Positions 10,488 to 19,117 of a stretch of 64,000 nt of DNA are shown here, piece by piece. The stretch is from Desulfobacterales bacterium (GTDB lineage Bacteria > Desulfobacterota > Desulfobacteria > Desulfobacterales > UBA5616): the NCBI GenBank assembly GCA_046483495.1, contig JAWODC010000040.1:56510-120509 (forward strand). Direction: 5' to 3'. How positions within the stretch are numbered: the first letter of the stretch is position 1; each line of letters begins with the position of its first letter. Made by a program: the position numbers and the translations under genes. The notes beneath the pieces are model-generated. The model did no database searches. It saw nothing but the letters and a program-made list of their open reading frames with translations, and had not been told where the DNA came from.

Positions 10488-11309
10488 TCAACCGATCCCG
10501 GCGGCGCCTTTCTTGAGCAGCCCGATCAGGGCCAGGGCGTTTTTCGGGGCCTGGGCCCGCACATGGTTGTTGAAAAAGATGATCCCGTTCCGGGCCTGCC
10601 GGCGTATCGGGGTAAACCGTTCCTCCACCCAACGGCCCAATTCATCCTCGGCATAATCATAATCGAACTGGAGCTGCATGTTTCCCGTACGCCAGGACCC
10701 GGCATTTCGGCCGTGGAACCGCACATACGCCAAATCGGGATTTGTGACCACCGTCAACGGGGGGAAAAGACCGGGGAGATCGGGAAGATCGACCGTGACC
10801 AACGTCATGTTTCGCCGCTGAAGTTCGGCAAAGACCGGTTCCACCGCCCAGGACCGGTGCCGAAACTCGACGGCCAGGGGCAGGCCGGCAAGCCCGTCCG
10901 CCAGGGCGGCCAGGTGCCTGCGGTTGTCCGGTGTGCGGGTAAAACCGGGGGGAAACTGGATCAATACCGCTGCCAGTTGACGACCCTGTACCAGTGGGGA
11001 AACACCCTCCCGGAAAAGATCGACCTGCTTTGGCCATTTGGCATCGATTTCGTGGGTCATGGTTCGGGTGAGCTTCACGGCGAACAGAAAATCCGGCGGT
11101 ACGGTTTGGCGCTGCCGTTCGACAGCCTCGGATCGGGGCATTTGGTACCACGTGTAATTCAGTTCGGTGATGGAAAACTTTTCGGCATACACCGGCAGCA
11201 TTCGACCGGACGGCGTCCCGGCGGGATAGAAGCCGGCTTCCGTCCATTCACTATAGGAATACCCGCTGGTTCCCACGCGCCACGTTCGATGTTTGGTTGC
11301 CTGACTCAT
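10488..11309 (-). CDS. DUF72 (YecE-like) TIM-barrel protein
   Basis: VGTSGYSYSEW, ELNYTWY, FAVK, QFPPGF, AVEFRHRSW, YVRFHGRN, FFNNH. Confidence 0.9.
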   Translation of the reverse strand: MSQATKHRTWRVGTSGYSYSEWTEAGFYPAGTPSGRMLPVYAEKFSITELNYTWYQMPRSEAVERQRQTVPPDFLFAVKLTRTMTHEIDAKWPKQVDLFREGVSPLVQGRQLAAVLIQFPPGFTRTPDNRRHLAALADGLAGLPLAVEFRHRSWAVEPVFAELQRRNMTLVTVDLPDLPGLFPPLTVVTNPDLAYVRFHGRNAGSWRTGNMQLQFDYDYAEDELGRWVEERFTPIRRQARNGIIFFNNHVRAQAPKNALALIGLLKKGAAGIG

Positions 11310-11338
11310 GTAAAAAGACGATCTCCCTATGCTACTTA

Positions 11339-11480
11339 GTGTCCATCCAGAAATAGGTAATTTCGCGTGAGTTCAAGGCGGACCCAAGATCGAAACCGCA
11401 GGAATAGTATACTATTTTGAGGATTTCGATCTTGGGTCCAACGCAGAAATCGCGTGAAAGGGCCATTTATGGATGGACAC
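11339..11480 (+). mobile_element. ~142-bp palindromic MITE-like element, subfamily A
   Basis: Terminal IR GTGTCCATCCA/TGGATGGACAC; internal stem GGACCCAAGATCGAAA/TTTCGATCTTGGGTCC; flanked by TACTTA at 11333-11338 and 11481-11486. Confidence 0.8.
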
Positions 11481-12112
11481 TACTTAATCCCGTCCGGCCC
11501 CCTGTATACCCCCACCACCTTGCCCTGGATCAGAATTTCGTCAAACCCGTACATCATGGAGTCGTATGCCGGATTTTCCGGTTTCAGTTCGATATGGGTT
11601 TTTCGGTGAAAAAAACGCTTCACCGTAGCTTCTTCGTGACGAATGAGAGCCGCCACAATTTCACCGTTTTCGGCGAATTGCCGGGGCTCGCAGATGACCA
11701 GGTCCCCGTCCAGGATAGCCGCATCCTTCATGGAATCCCCCCTGATCTTCAGGGCGAAAAGGGGCTTGCCCTTATAGACCGCGGCATCCACCACGAGCGT
11801 CCCGTCCCACTCCTGCTGTGCGTACAGGGGAAGGCCCGCGGCAATCGTGCCCACAATGGGAACTTCCTGCCGGAGTGGAATGCCGCCGGTATTCGAAGGG
11901 CGGTTGACCAGGTGAATGGTGCGGCCGTAACGGCCTTCCCGCCGAATAACCCCTTTTTCCTCCAGGGCACGGACCAGCTGAGCTACGGCGGCGTGGCTTA
12001 CGCCGTTTTCCGCCGCCGCCTGCCGAAGACTGGGCGTTTTCCCGGTCCGGTCGATCCAATCCGTCAGATACTGTAAAAATGCCGCCTGCTTGGGGGTTAG
12101 ATCGCTCTGCAT
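11480..12112 (-). CDS. lexA: SOS repressor LexA
   Basis: N-terminal wHTH (LTPKQ...PSLRQ), Ala-Gly cleavage site (IAAGLP), catalytic Ser (GDSM) and Lys (ATVKRF); RBS GGAGG. Confidence 0.95.
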   Translation of the reverse strand: MQSDLTPKQAAFLQYLTDWIDRTGKTPSLRQAAAENGVSHAAVAQLVRALEEKGVIRREGRYGRTIHLVNRPSNTGGIPLRQEVPIVGTIAAGLPLYAQQEWDGTLVVDAAVYKGKPLFALKIRGDSMKDAAILDGDLVICEPRQFAENGEIVAALIRHEEATVKRFFHRKTHIELKPENPAYDSMMYGFDEILIQGKVVGVYRGPDGIK

Positions 12113-12141
12113 ATATTTGCCCTCCGTTGAAATTTATGGAT

Positions 12142-12170
12142 AGTTTAAAGGGGGTGAATGTAAATGTCAA
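12142..12170 (-). promoter_or_regulatory. sigma70 promoter of the lexA operon
   Basis: Minus strand TTGACA (12170-12165), 17-bp spacer, TAAACT (12147-12142). Confidence 0.75.
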
Positions 12171-12189
12171 TGTAAATATAAATGTAAAT
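12157..12189. promoter_or_regulatory. Candidate LexA operator: three direct repeats of AATGTAAAT at 12-bp period
   Basis: Exact copies at 12157, 12169 and 12181; the first two overlap the ends of the -35 box. Confidence 0.6.
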
Positions 12190-12194
12190 AAGAA

Positions 12195-12236
12195 GGTGAT
12201 GGGTGATGGGTTAGGGGGTATGGGCTATGGGTGTGG
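12195..12236 (+). repeat. G-rich heptamer tandem repeat / G-quadruplex motif
   Basis: GGTGATG GGTGATG GGTTAGG GGGTATG GGCTATG GGTGTGG; five G3+ runs with 3-4 nt loops. Confidence 0.7.
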
Positions 12237-12290
12237 ATAGAATGGCTTTTTATTTCCTCATTATTAGTAATTGCGCCGGTAAAACAATTT

Positions 12291-12439
12291 AAATTCGAAA
12301 TCCGAAGCACGAAATTCGAAACAATCCTAAATTCTAAATTCAAAATTATAAACTATAATTGAAACGTAGCTTTTCGTTTGGAATTTATGATTTTGAATTT
12401 CGAATTTGTTTCGTGCTTCGAATTTCGGATTTCGAATTT
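12291..12439. repeat. ~150-bp imperfect palindrome built of AAATTCG-type heptamers
   Basis: Left arm AAATTCG AAATCCG AAGCACG AAATTCG AAACAA...; reverse complement of right arm AAATTCG AAATCCG AAATTCG AAGCACG AAACAA... Confidence 0.8.
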
Positions 12440-12577
12440 TTCAATAGTGGAAAAAGGTTCTATGACTCACCGGCAAAACTGAACAGGTAACCGCCGCCGG
12501 ATCATGCCGTTTTGAAATCGTGTACTCGAGCGCCTTGATCGAGGATGAAGGTTGTGTTCCGATTAATTCGTATGCCG

Positions 12578-13636
12578 TCAAGGAACGAATAAGACCTTGG
12601 CCGCATCTTTTGTCAAACACAGTTCAAACCCCTCGACGGCCCGTGAAAACGGTAGCTTATGCGTGATCATCGGCTCGACATCGACTTTGCCGGTCGCGAG
12701 CAGCGCCAGGGACCGCTTCCAGGTTTCCGGGCTGTATCCGTATGCGCCGACAAGGGATTTTCTGCCCCTTACAAAAGGTGTGGGGGAAAATCGGGCATCG
12801 GAGGGATGGATGCCGATCAGAACGACCGTTCCGCCGCTTTCATTCGCGGAGCTCGGATTGAATGACCGGACCATGTCGATGCCCTGGGATATGGATATCG
12901 GGTTTCCTGACGATTCAAAAACGCAGTCCAGGCCGGCCCCGCCTGTGTGCCGGCGGACAACGTCTTCGATGTCTTCCGAATCGACATTTACGATAACATC
13001 GGCACCCAGCTTTTGGGCCGCCGAGAGCCGTTTCCCATCCGAATGTGTTCCTGCGACGATAATCAGGCCGGCCCCGGCGGCTTTCAATACCTGCAGCGTA
13101 AGCAGCCCGATCGGGCCGGGTCCGAGCACGGCGGCGGTCTGGCCCGGTTTGATGCCGGACCGATCCACCGCATTGACGGAAACGGCGAGCGGCTCGCAAA
13201 GGGACGCCGCTTCATCACTGACATTTTCAGGAATGTGGAATATATCGGCGCCGGCGGTTATTCGCATGTACTCTGCAAAAGCGCCGTGAGACCCCAAACC
13301 CAAAATGATCTTTTGCCTGCAGATGTCGCCGCGCCCGATGCGGCATTCGGCGCATCGGCAGCACGGCATCAGGGGAATGGACGTGATGCGGTCGCCGATG
13401 TTTACCGAATCCACATTGCCGCCGATTTCCACCACTTCTCCGGAAAATTCATGGCCGAGTGCGATCGGCAGCGGCATCCATTCGTATCCCGGGGTCCATT
13501 CATACACGTGAACATCGCTTCCGCAGACGCTTCCACAGCGGATCTTTACCAGAATGTCGTTTGCCTCGATGTCCGGATCTTGGATCGACAGCACCTCGAT
13601 GCCATGGGTTCGTTCTGTTTTGACAACGGCTTCCAT
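12578..13636 (-). CDS. Zn-dependent medium-chain alcohol dehydrogenase (threonine/sorbitol dehydrogenase-like)
   Basis: CGSDVH, GHEFSG, structural Zn Cys cluster CCRCAEC..C, GPGPIG. Confidence 0.9.
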   Translation of the reverse strand: MEAVVKTERTHGIEVLSIQDPDIEANDILVKIRCGSVCGSDVHVYEWTPGYEWMPLPIALGHEFSGEVVEIGGNVDSVNIGDRITSIPLMPCCRCAECRIGRGDICRQKIILGLGSHGAFAEYMRITAGADIFHIPENVSDEAASLCEPLAVSVNAVDRSGIKPGQTAAVLGPGPIGLLTLQVLKAAGAGLIIVAGTHSDGKRLSAAQKLGADVIVNVDSEDIEDVVRRHTGGAGLDCVFESSGNPISISQGIDMVRSFNPSSANESGGTVVLIGIHPSDARFSPTPFVRGRKSLVGAYGYSPETWKRSLALLATGKVDVEPMITHKLPFSRAVEGFELCLTKDAAKVLFVP

Positions 13637-13828
13637 GTGCCCTCCTCTAATTGTAATCTACATGAATATGTATTCTTCCACTACAGGTTTGACCCCGTAT
13701 CATCGGCGCCCTGATGCGATTATATATGGGGGAAAACGGATTCGGGTTCAAGGCCGATTGATCAGCCGATGAAATTCGAACGTGAATGAATGGAACCGGG
13801 TTTTACCCCCGTGTATTAAGAGGATAAC

Positions 13829-14266
13829 ATGCCATTGAATTTAGAGCAAACACAGCGCGAAAACCGGCGTATTTTAGATCGATCCAAGGGCCGGGAGGAT
13901 GCTCCGGCACGATTTGCACTTGTAGTGGAAGACAATGAAGGACTGCGGGATCTTCTTGCCCGGGCGCTTGAACTGGTTGGATTCGAGGTAAAGAAGGCTG
14001 AAAACGGGCGGACGGCTTATGATTTTTTCCTCGAGAGCCGGTACGACCTCGTGGTGACGGATTTGCATATGCCGGTCATGAACGGCTTTGCCCTGATCAA
14101 CAGGATCAAAACCCGATCGCCGGATGTGCCGATTATTCTGGTCAGTGGCCATTTATTGGACGACTTGTCCGAAATCGGCGGACCTTCAGCCGTGGCAACC
14201 GTCATGAAAAAGCCCTTCCAGCTTTCCGAACTCCAGAAGACGGCACTTCGTGTCGTGGCGTCTTAA
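13829..14266 (+). CDS. Stand-alone response regulator receiver protein
   Basis: LVVEDN, TDLHMPVMNG, KKPF. Confidence 0.85.
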   Translation: MPLNLEQTQRENRRILDRSKGREDAPARFALVVEDNEGLRDLLARALELVGFEVKKAENGRTAYDFFLESRYDLVVTDLHMPVMNGFALINRIKTRSPDVPIILVSGHLLDDLSEIGGPSAVATVMKKPFQLSELQKTALRVVAS

Positions 14267-14302
14267 GCAATTGCATCCATATGAAATGCCGGGTACGGGT
14301 GC

Positions 14303-15157
14303 TTATCGAATCAAAAAGACCGGGTTGGCGATCTCATCCACCAGACCGCAGAGCCGTTCTCCTGCGAACCAGTCTTCAAGACAGGGGATAATTACGGGAC
14401 CGGCGGTTTCATAACGAATGTGGGCGGCCAATACGGTCAAGGAAGGGCGGACGAGCGGCCTCAGCCGGACCTTGATGTCGGGCGCCTGCAACTGTTCGGC
14501 GGCCTGGTGCCGATACCGTTCAACTTCCTCGCTGCTGTTCCCGATGATGAATACAAGTAATGGCGTTTCGTGGGATTTGGCAAGGTATACAGCCGTATCC
14601 AGCGTCTTTACGGCGGTTTGGGTTCCATCATAGACAGCGGCAACCGGTGATTTAGAAAATGCCACACGCGTTTGCATCACCAGCGTCATCCCGATGCGCT
14701 GCATCAAGAGCGCCCGAACAGTGGACCCCGAGCGGTGAATGCCCGGCAATGACCTGCCGATTTTCCCGAGAACGACCAAATCCGCGGTCGCCCCTGCATT
14801 GAGAACCTCGGTACCCACCGCGCCCCGGACGGTTTTAAATTCCCACGGCACCCCGAGCCGTTCGGCGGTTTGAGCCAGCCTGTTCCGAATTCGTGCCGCC
14901 TGGACGCGCAGTTGAAGTTCCATATCATGTGTATTGATTCGGCGCGTCCGGTCCGAATAAAAGCTGACTTCCCTGGCAAACGGCAATTGGGCCAGACGCA
15001 GCAGGTTGATGTCCTCTACAAACAGCCCCAGCACCTCGGACTTGAAACGAGCAGCCAGTTCCAAAGCGGTTTGCATGGCATTCATGCTCGATGTGGAAGC
15101 GTCCAGTGCCACCATGATTCGTTGAATGGGTGAATGGCGCGGTTTTTCTTCACTCAT
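14303..15157 (-). CDS. Universal stress protein (tandem USP domains)
   Basis: RIMVALDAS, ADLVVLG..G....GST, second domain VAAVYDG. Confidence 0.8.
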   Translation of the reverse strand: MSEEKPRHSPIQRIMVALDASTSSMNAMQTALELAARFKSEVLGLFVEDINLLRLAQLPFAREVSFYSDRTRRINTHDMELQLRVQAARIRNRLAQTAERLGVPWEFKTVRGAVGTEVLNAGATADLVVLGKIGRSLPGIHRSGSTVRALLMQRIGMTLVMQTRVAFSKSPVAAVYDGTQTAVKTLDTAVYLAKSHETPLLVFIIGNSSEEVERYRHQAAEQLQAPDIKVRLRPLVRPSLTVLAAHIRYETAGPVIIPCLEDWFAGERLCGLVDEIANPVFLIR

Positions 15158-15199
15158 GCGTGTGCCGCCTTTTTTGAAAGTTGGTTGATCTCATCATGA

Positions 15200-17671
15200 T
15201 CATTTTCCCGAAACCGTCTCGAGATCCTTTTCTTCCGAGGCCTGCCGGGCAAAACGAATGCGTTTGTCGGCAAATTCCTTTAGCCGCCGATGCACCAATT
15301 CGTTAAACGTGTCTTTTGGATACGAGCCGGCTTCATCCGGTTCGCCGGCCGTCATGCCGGTCAGAATTTCAATGCCCTGATCGATGGTCTTCACGGCATA
15401 AATATGAAAATCACCGGCTTCAACGGCATGGATGACATCCTGGCGAAGCATCAGGTGCTGCATATTGGAAGCCGGAATGAGAACGCCCTGTTCTCCGGTA
15501 AGGCCTTTGGCCCGGCAAACATCATAAAACCCCTCGATCTTTTCATTTGCGCCGCCGATCGGCTGAACCTGCCCGTACTGGTTGACGGAACCGGTAATTG
15601 CCAGGGACTGGCGGATGGGGACATCGGCAATGGCCGAGAGCAGTGCATACAGTTCGGCGGAAGAAGCGCTGTCTCCTTCGACGCCGCCGTAGGATTGTTC
15701 GAACACAAGGCTTGCGGAAAGGGACATGGGGATATTCAAGGCATACCGGCCGCCGAGAAAACCGGATAAAATCAATACACCCTTCGAATGAATCGGACCC
15801 CCCATGGCGACTTCCCGCTCGATATCCATGACTTCTCCTTTGCCGAGGCGAATGCGCGCCGTAATTCGGTTGGGGCGGCCGAAAGCGAATTCTCCCAGGG
15901 AAATTACGGAAAGCCCGTTCACTTGTCCGACGCGGGATCCTTCGGTGTCGATAAATACGATATCCCGCTCGATTTGCTCCTGCATCCGTTCGCGCAATCT
16001 GTCCGATCGGTAAATCCAGGCATCCACCGCTTTCTGCACATGCTCTGCTTCAACGGCTGACCGTCCGTTCTGTCGGGCCCAGTAATCGGCTTCACGCAGC
16101 AGGTTGCTGATGCTCACGATGTGAAGCGTGATTTTTTCGGCGTCTCCTGCCAACCTGCTGCCGCGCTCGATAACCCGGCTGACGGCGTCCCGTTTGAACG
16201 GCAATAAATTTTCATGCCGCACGATTCCTGCCAGTAATCGAACGAATTCATGCTCGTTCTGCCGGTTTCGGTCCATCTGCTGAGCAAAATCAACCGGCAC
16301 CTTGAACAGGTCGCTGAAATCAGGATCATAATGGCGAATCATGTAGTAAAGAAGCGGTATGCCGGTGAGCACGACCTTTATCGTGATCGGCAATGCTTCC
16401 GGTTCGAGCGATACCGTGCTGATCAAGCTGTACATCTGTCCGATGGATTCGATTTTCAGGTTTCCCGACTGCAGTGTGCGTTTCAATCCTTCCCAGGCAA
16501 ACGGCTCACGGACAACTTTAAGGGCATCCAAAATCAGGTATCCGCCGTTGGCTTTATGAAGAGCACCGGGGCGGATCATGTTGAAATCCGTTATCAGAGC
16601 ACCCATTTGGGCTAAATGTTCGACCCGCCCGAAAAGATTCTGGTACGTCGGATTCTCCTCATAGACCACCGGCGCTCCTTTGCTTTTGCTGTGATCCACG
16701 AGTACATTGATGTGATAACGGCGTTCAGCCGGATTTTCAGTCCCCCCCTCCGTTCCCGGTGAACCCTGGAACATCTGCTGAAGCTGCTGCTGCTGCCCCT
16801 GCTGCAATTGAGGGAAAAGATCCCGCACATTTTCGATCAGGTCATTCCGAACCGATTCGAGATAGCTCCGGACGGCCTCGTGATCGGCATATTTTTTCTG
16901 AAGTTCATTGACCAGCGGATTTATGGTATATTGCGTCACTTCCCGGTTGAATGCTTTTTGTTTTTCCCGAACTTCGCGCTGCCACTGAGGGATGTTCTGC
17001 GCCACACGCTGCGCCTCTTTTTGCATTTCCTCGGCATTTTCCTCGAGGCTTCGTTTTTCCTCGTCTGACAGCTGCTCGTATTCCTCCTTGGAAATGCCTT
17101 CTTCCGTTCCCGGTTTTGCCGGTATGAAGGCAAGACCGCTGGGAGTGGGCACGGCTACCAGATTTCTCTCCCTGGCTTTTCTGCGCAGGTCCTCGAAAAT
17201 CTGGCGCTGTTTTTCCTGCAGTTCCTGAACAATGGATTGGGCGCGGTTCTGGTATTCTTCATTCTCGAGGGCAGCCTGCATGGCATTCTTGACATCTTCC
17301 ACCAAGCGTTTCATATCCTCGGCCAGGGCTTTACCCTGTCCGGCCGCCAGCGTGAGCAGCCGCGGTGCATGCCGCTTTTCGAAATTCATGACATAACAGA
17401 TGTCCTGCGGAACCGGTTCATGCAGGGCACGGCGCTCCAGGAAATCACGAATAAATGCGTGCTTTCCCGTACCCTGCTCGCCCAGGGCGAAAATGTTGTA
17501 GCCTTCCTGCTGAATACCGATGCCGAAATGCAGGGCCTGTTCGGCGCGAGGTTGGCCGATGACGGATGTGGCAGGTGAGATATGGTCGAAATCATCCGTA
17601 GTCGTAAACGGCAAATCATCAAGCCGGCATTCTTGGTACAACTGGTTCGATTTTAATTCCGTTTCGTGCAT
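15200..17671 (-). CDS. Lon-like ATP-dependent protease (LonC/LonH type)
   Basis: IGQPRA, GEQGTGK, GALHKANGGYL, GQVNGL, EGDSAS (Ser) and GGANEKIEGF (Lys) dyad. Confidence 0.9.
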   Translation of the reverse strand: MHETELKSNQLYQECRLDDLPFTTTDDFDHISPATSVIGQPRAEQALHFGIGIQQEGYNIFALGEQGTGKHAFIRDFLERRALHEPVPQDICYVMNFEKRHAPRLLTLAAGQGKALAEDMKRLVEDVKNAMQAALENEEYQNRAQSIVQELQEKQRQIFEDLRRKARERNLVAVPTPSGLAFIPAKPGTEEGISKEEYEQLSDEEKRSLEENAEEMQKEAQRVAQNIPQWQREVREKQKAFNREVTQYTINPLVNELQKKYADHEAVRSYLESVRNDLIENVRDLFPQLQQGQQQQLQQMFQGSPGTEGGTENPAERRYHINVLVDHSKSKGAPVVYEENPTYQNLFGRVEHLAQMGALITDFNMIRPGALHKANGGYLILDALKVVREPFAWEGLKRTLQSGNLKIESIGQMYSLISTVSLEPEALPITIKVVLTGIPLLYYMIRHYDPDFSDLFKVPVDFAQQMDRNRQNEHEFVRLLAGIVRHENLLPFKRDAVSRVIERGSRLAGDAEKITLHIVSISNLLREADYWARQNGRSAVEAEHVQKAVDAWIYRSDRLRERMQEQIERDIVFIDTEGSRVGQVNGLSVISLGEFAFGRPNRITARIRLGKGEVMDIEREVAMGGPIHSKGVLILSGFLGGRYALNIPMSLSASLVFEQSYGGVEGDSASSAELYALLSAIADVPIRQSLAITGSVNQYGQVQPIGGANEKIEGFYDVCRAKGLTGEQGVLIPASNMQHLMLRQDVIHAVEAGDFHIYAVKTIDQGIEILTGMTAGEPDEAGSYPKDTFNELVHRRLKEFADKRIRFARQASEEKDLETVSGK

Positions 17672-17803
17672 GGTGTTATCCCTTTTTGTTGTTGGCGGTT
17701 AATGGATTCAAACGTAATATACTGTACGATTACCTGCCATGGGCATGTCTGTGTATTTGCCGGATCGATACTGTGTATGACCCACGCGGTTTCACCCGTC
17801 TTA

Positions 17804-17939
17804 GAATGGGTTTCAAAACCTCTCCTCAGGTCTGATATCGGCATTGGGAGGAAGGATTAAATGCTCAACGTTATGTATCCTGCGCTTGAATCCTTCCCCC
17901 CTTGATTTTGGATCTGATTGAAGATTTTGAAACCGTTTC
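17804..17939 (-). mobile_element. ~136-bp palindromic MITE-like element, subfamily B (degenerate)
   Basis: Reverse complement aligns along its length with 51621-51764; ends GAATGGGTTTCAAAA/TTTTGAAACCGTTTC; TA on both sides. Confidence 0.8.
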
Positions 17940-17941
17940 TA

Positions 17942-18622
17942 CTATTCATTCTTTTTGATAAACGGTATACGGATTTCACCAAACCGTTCTCCTTCCGCCT
18001 GCACCAATTCCATTTGAAATACGTACTGCGGGGCATCTCCGATTTTCTGAAAGTAGAGAAACCCGGATGCTTCGGCGCCGTCTTTTAAAACACCTTCCGG
18101 GATGGCGTTGTCCAGCATTTCCCGCGTGGGCAGGCTGATTTCACGCCAGCACGTGTAGTAATGATCGAAGTAAAAGGGATCATAGTAAAAAGGGTACCGA
18201 TACAAGTGCATGTAAGGATAGAACCGATGGTAATGAGGTGCGACATAAAATCCCGGGCAGGCAAACCGGGATCGCATGGCAGGCTCGTAGATTGTGCCTT
18301 CAACGGAATAGGGCGGAAGTGCTGAATACAGCTCACCGGTACCGCTCGTCAAGGAGAATAAATTGTAGCTTATTTTGAGTGGGGCGCCGGAGCGGTTGGT
18401 AATATTGACCCTGAACGGGGTAACATGCTCCCTTACCTGTTCTTTGCCTTCCCATGCTCTGCCCGAAGCTGCGACATGCACCCCTTTTACCTGTTGACCC
18501 GCGGTTGCATCCTCGATCTGCAGAGAAGGATCGGGAACGAGAACCGGCATTCGGGCGCATCCGACGATCATCAAGCATACGAATACGGCACATACTTTTA
18601 TTTGGCTTATTTGGCTGTTCAT
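17942..18622 (-). CDS. Hypothetical lipoprotein with a Tyr/Pro-rich segment
   Basis: Lipobox IVGC; FYVAPHYHRFYPY...YYDPFYFDHYY; GFLYFQK. Confidence 0.7.
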   Translation of the reverse strand: MNSQISQIKVCAVFVCLMIVGCARMPVLVPDPSLQIEDATAGQQVKGVHVAASGRAWEGKEQVREHVTPFRVNITNRSGAPLKISYNLFSLTSGTGELYSALPPYSVEGTIYEPAMRSRFACPGFYVAPHYHRFYPYMHLYRYPFYYDPFYFDHYYTCWREISLPTREMLDNAIPEGVLKDGAEASGFLYFQKIGDAPQYVFQMELVQAEGERFGEIRIPFIKKNE

Positions 18623-18839
18623 CTTGTTCTTCCCTCAGTCTAAATACTCCGTTCCTACCCTTGTTGCGGGGCCTCTCCGTTACGGATCAGGCTTTTTTCG
18701 TTTATGATTATGTCTGATTTATGCACCGGATAAAGGATAGCCCCCATACCATGGGTCACGCAATCAGCATATTATTCATCCCAGGGTCGACGGGCGGCTT
18801 CCCCGTCGGCTTTCTGCATGGTTTTACGGAGGAAACGAT

Positions 18840-19052
18840 ATGACGGAACATGAAAAAACGACCGATTGCCCCGAGTGCCGTGGAACGGGTTTGATCCAGG
18901 CGGTAAACTGCAGCAAATGCAATGGGAGCGGTAAAATTCTGATTCATTCGCATCCTCACCGACATGGTGAAAATGTGCATGACCATCCGCATTCTCATTC
19001 GTCCGGACACAACATGAACGATGAAGTGCCGCACGACCACCGGCACGAGTGA
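18840..19052 (+). CDS. Small DnaJ-type zinc-finger protein with His-rich tail
   Basis: RBS GGAGG; CPECRGTG and CSKCNGSG; HSHPHRHG..HDHPHSHSSGH..HDHRHE. Confidence 0.75.
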   Translation: MTEHEKTTDCPECRGTGLIQAVNCSKCNGSGKILIHSHPHRHGENVHDHPHSHSSGHNMNDEVPHDHRHE

Positions 19053-19117
19053 CGAGAACAGAACATGCGGAAGAAGCGAAATCGCTACACCGGGTTTTTC
19101 GAATGGGGCGTTTGCGG

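Noticed and set aside
12157..12439. Repeat-rich lexA upstream region as a CRISPR array
   Set aside because: Units are 7-12 bp with no unique spacers, and there are no cas genes in the window
16770..16812. Gln-rich CAG tract in the Lon-like gene
   Set aside because: Short in-frame low-complexity linker; no sign of phase variation
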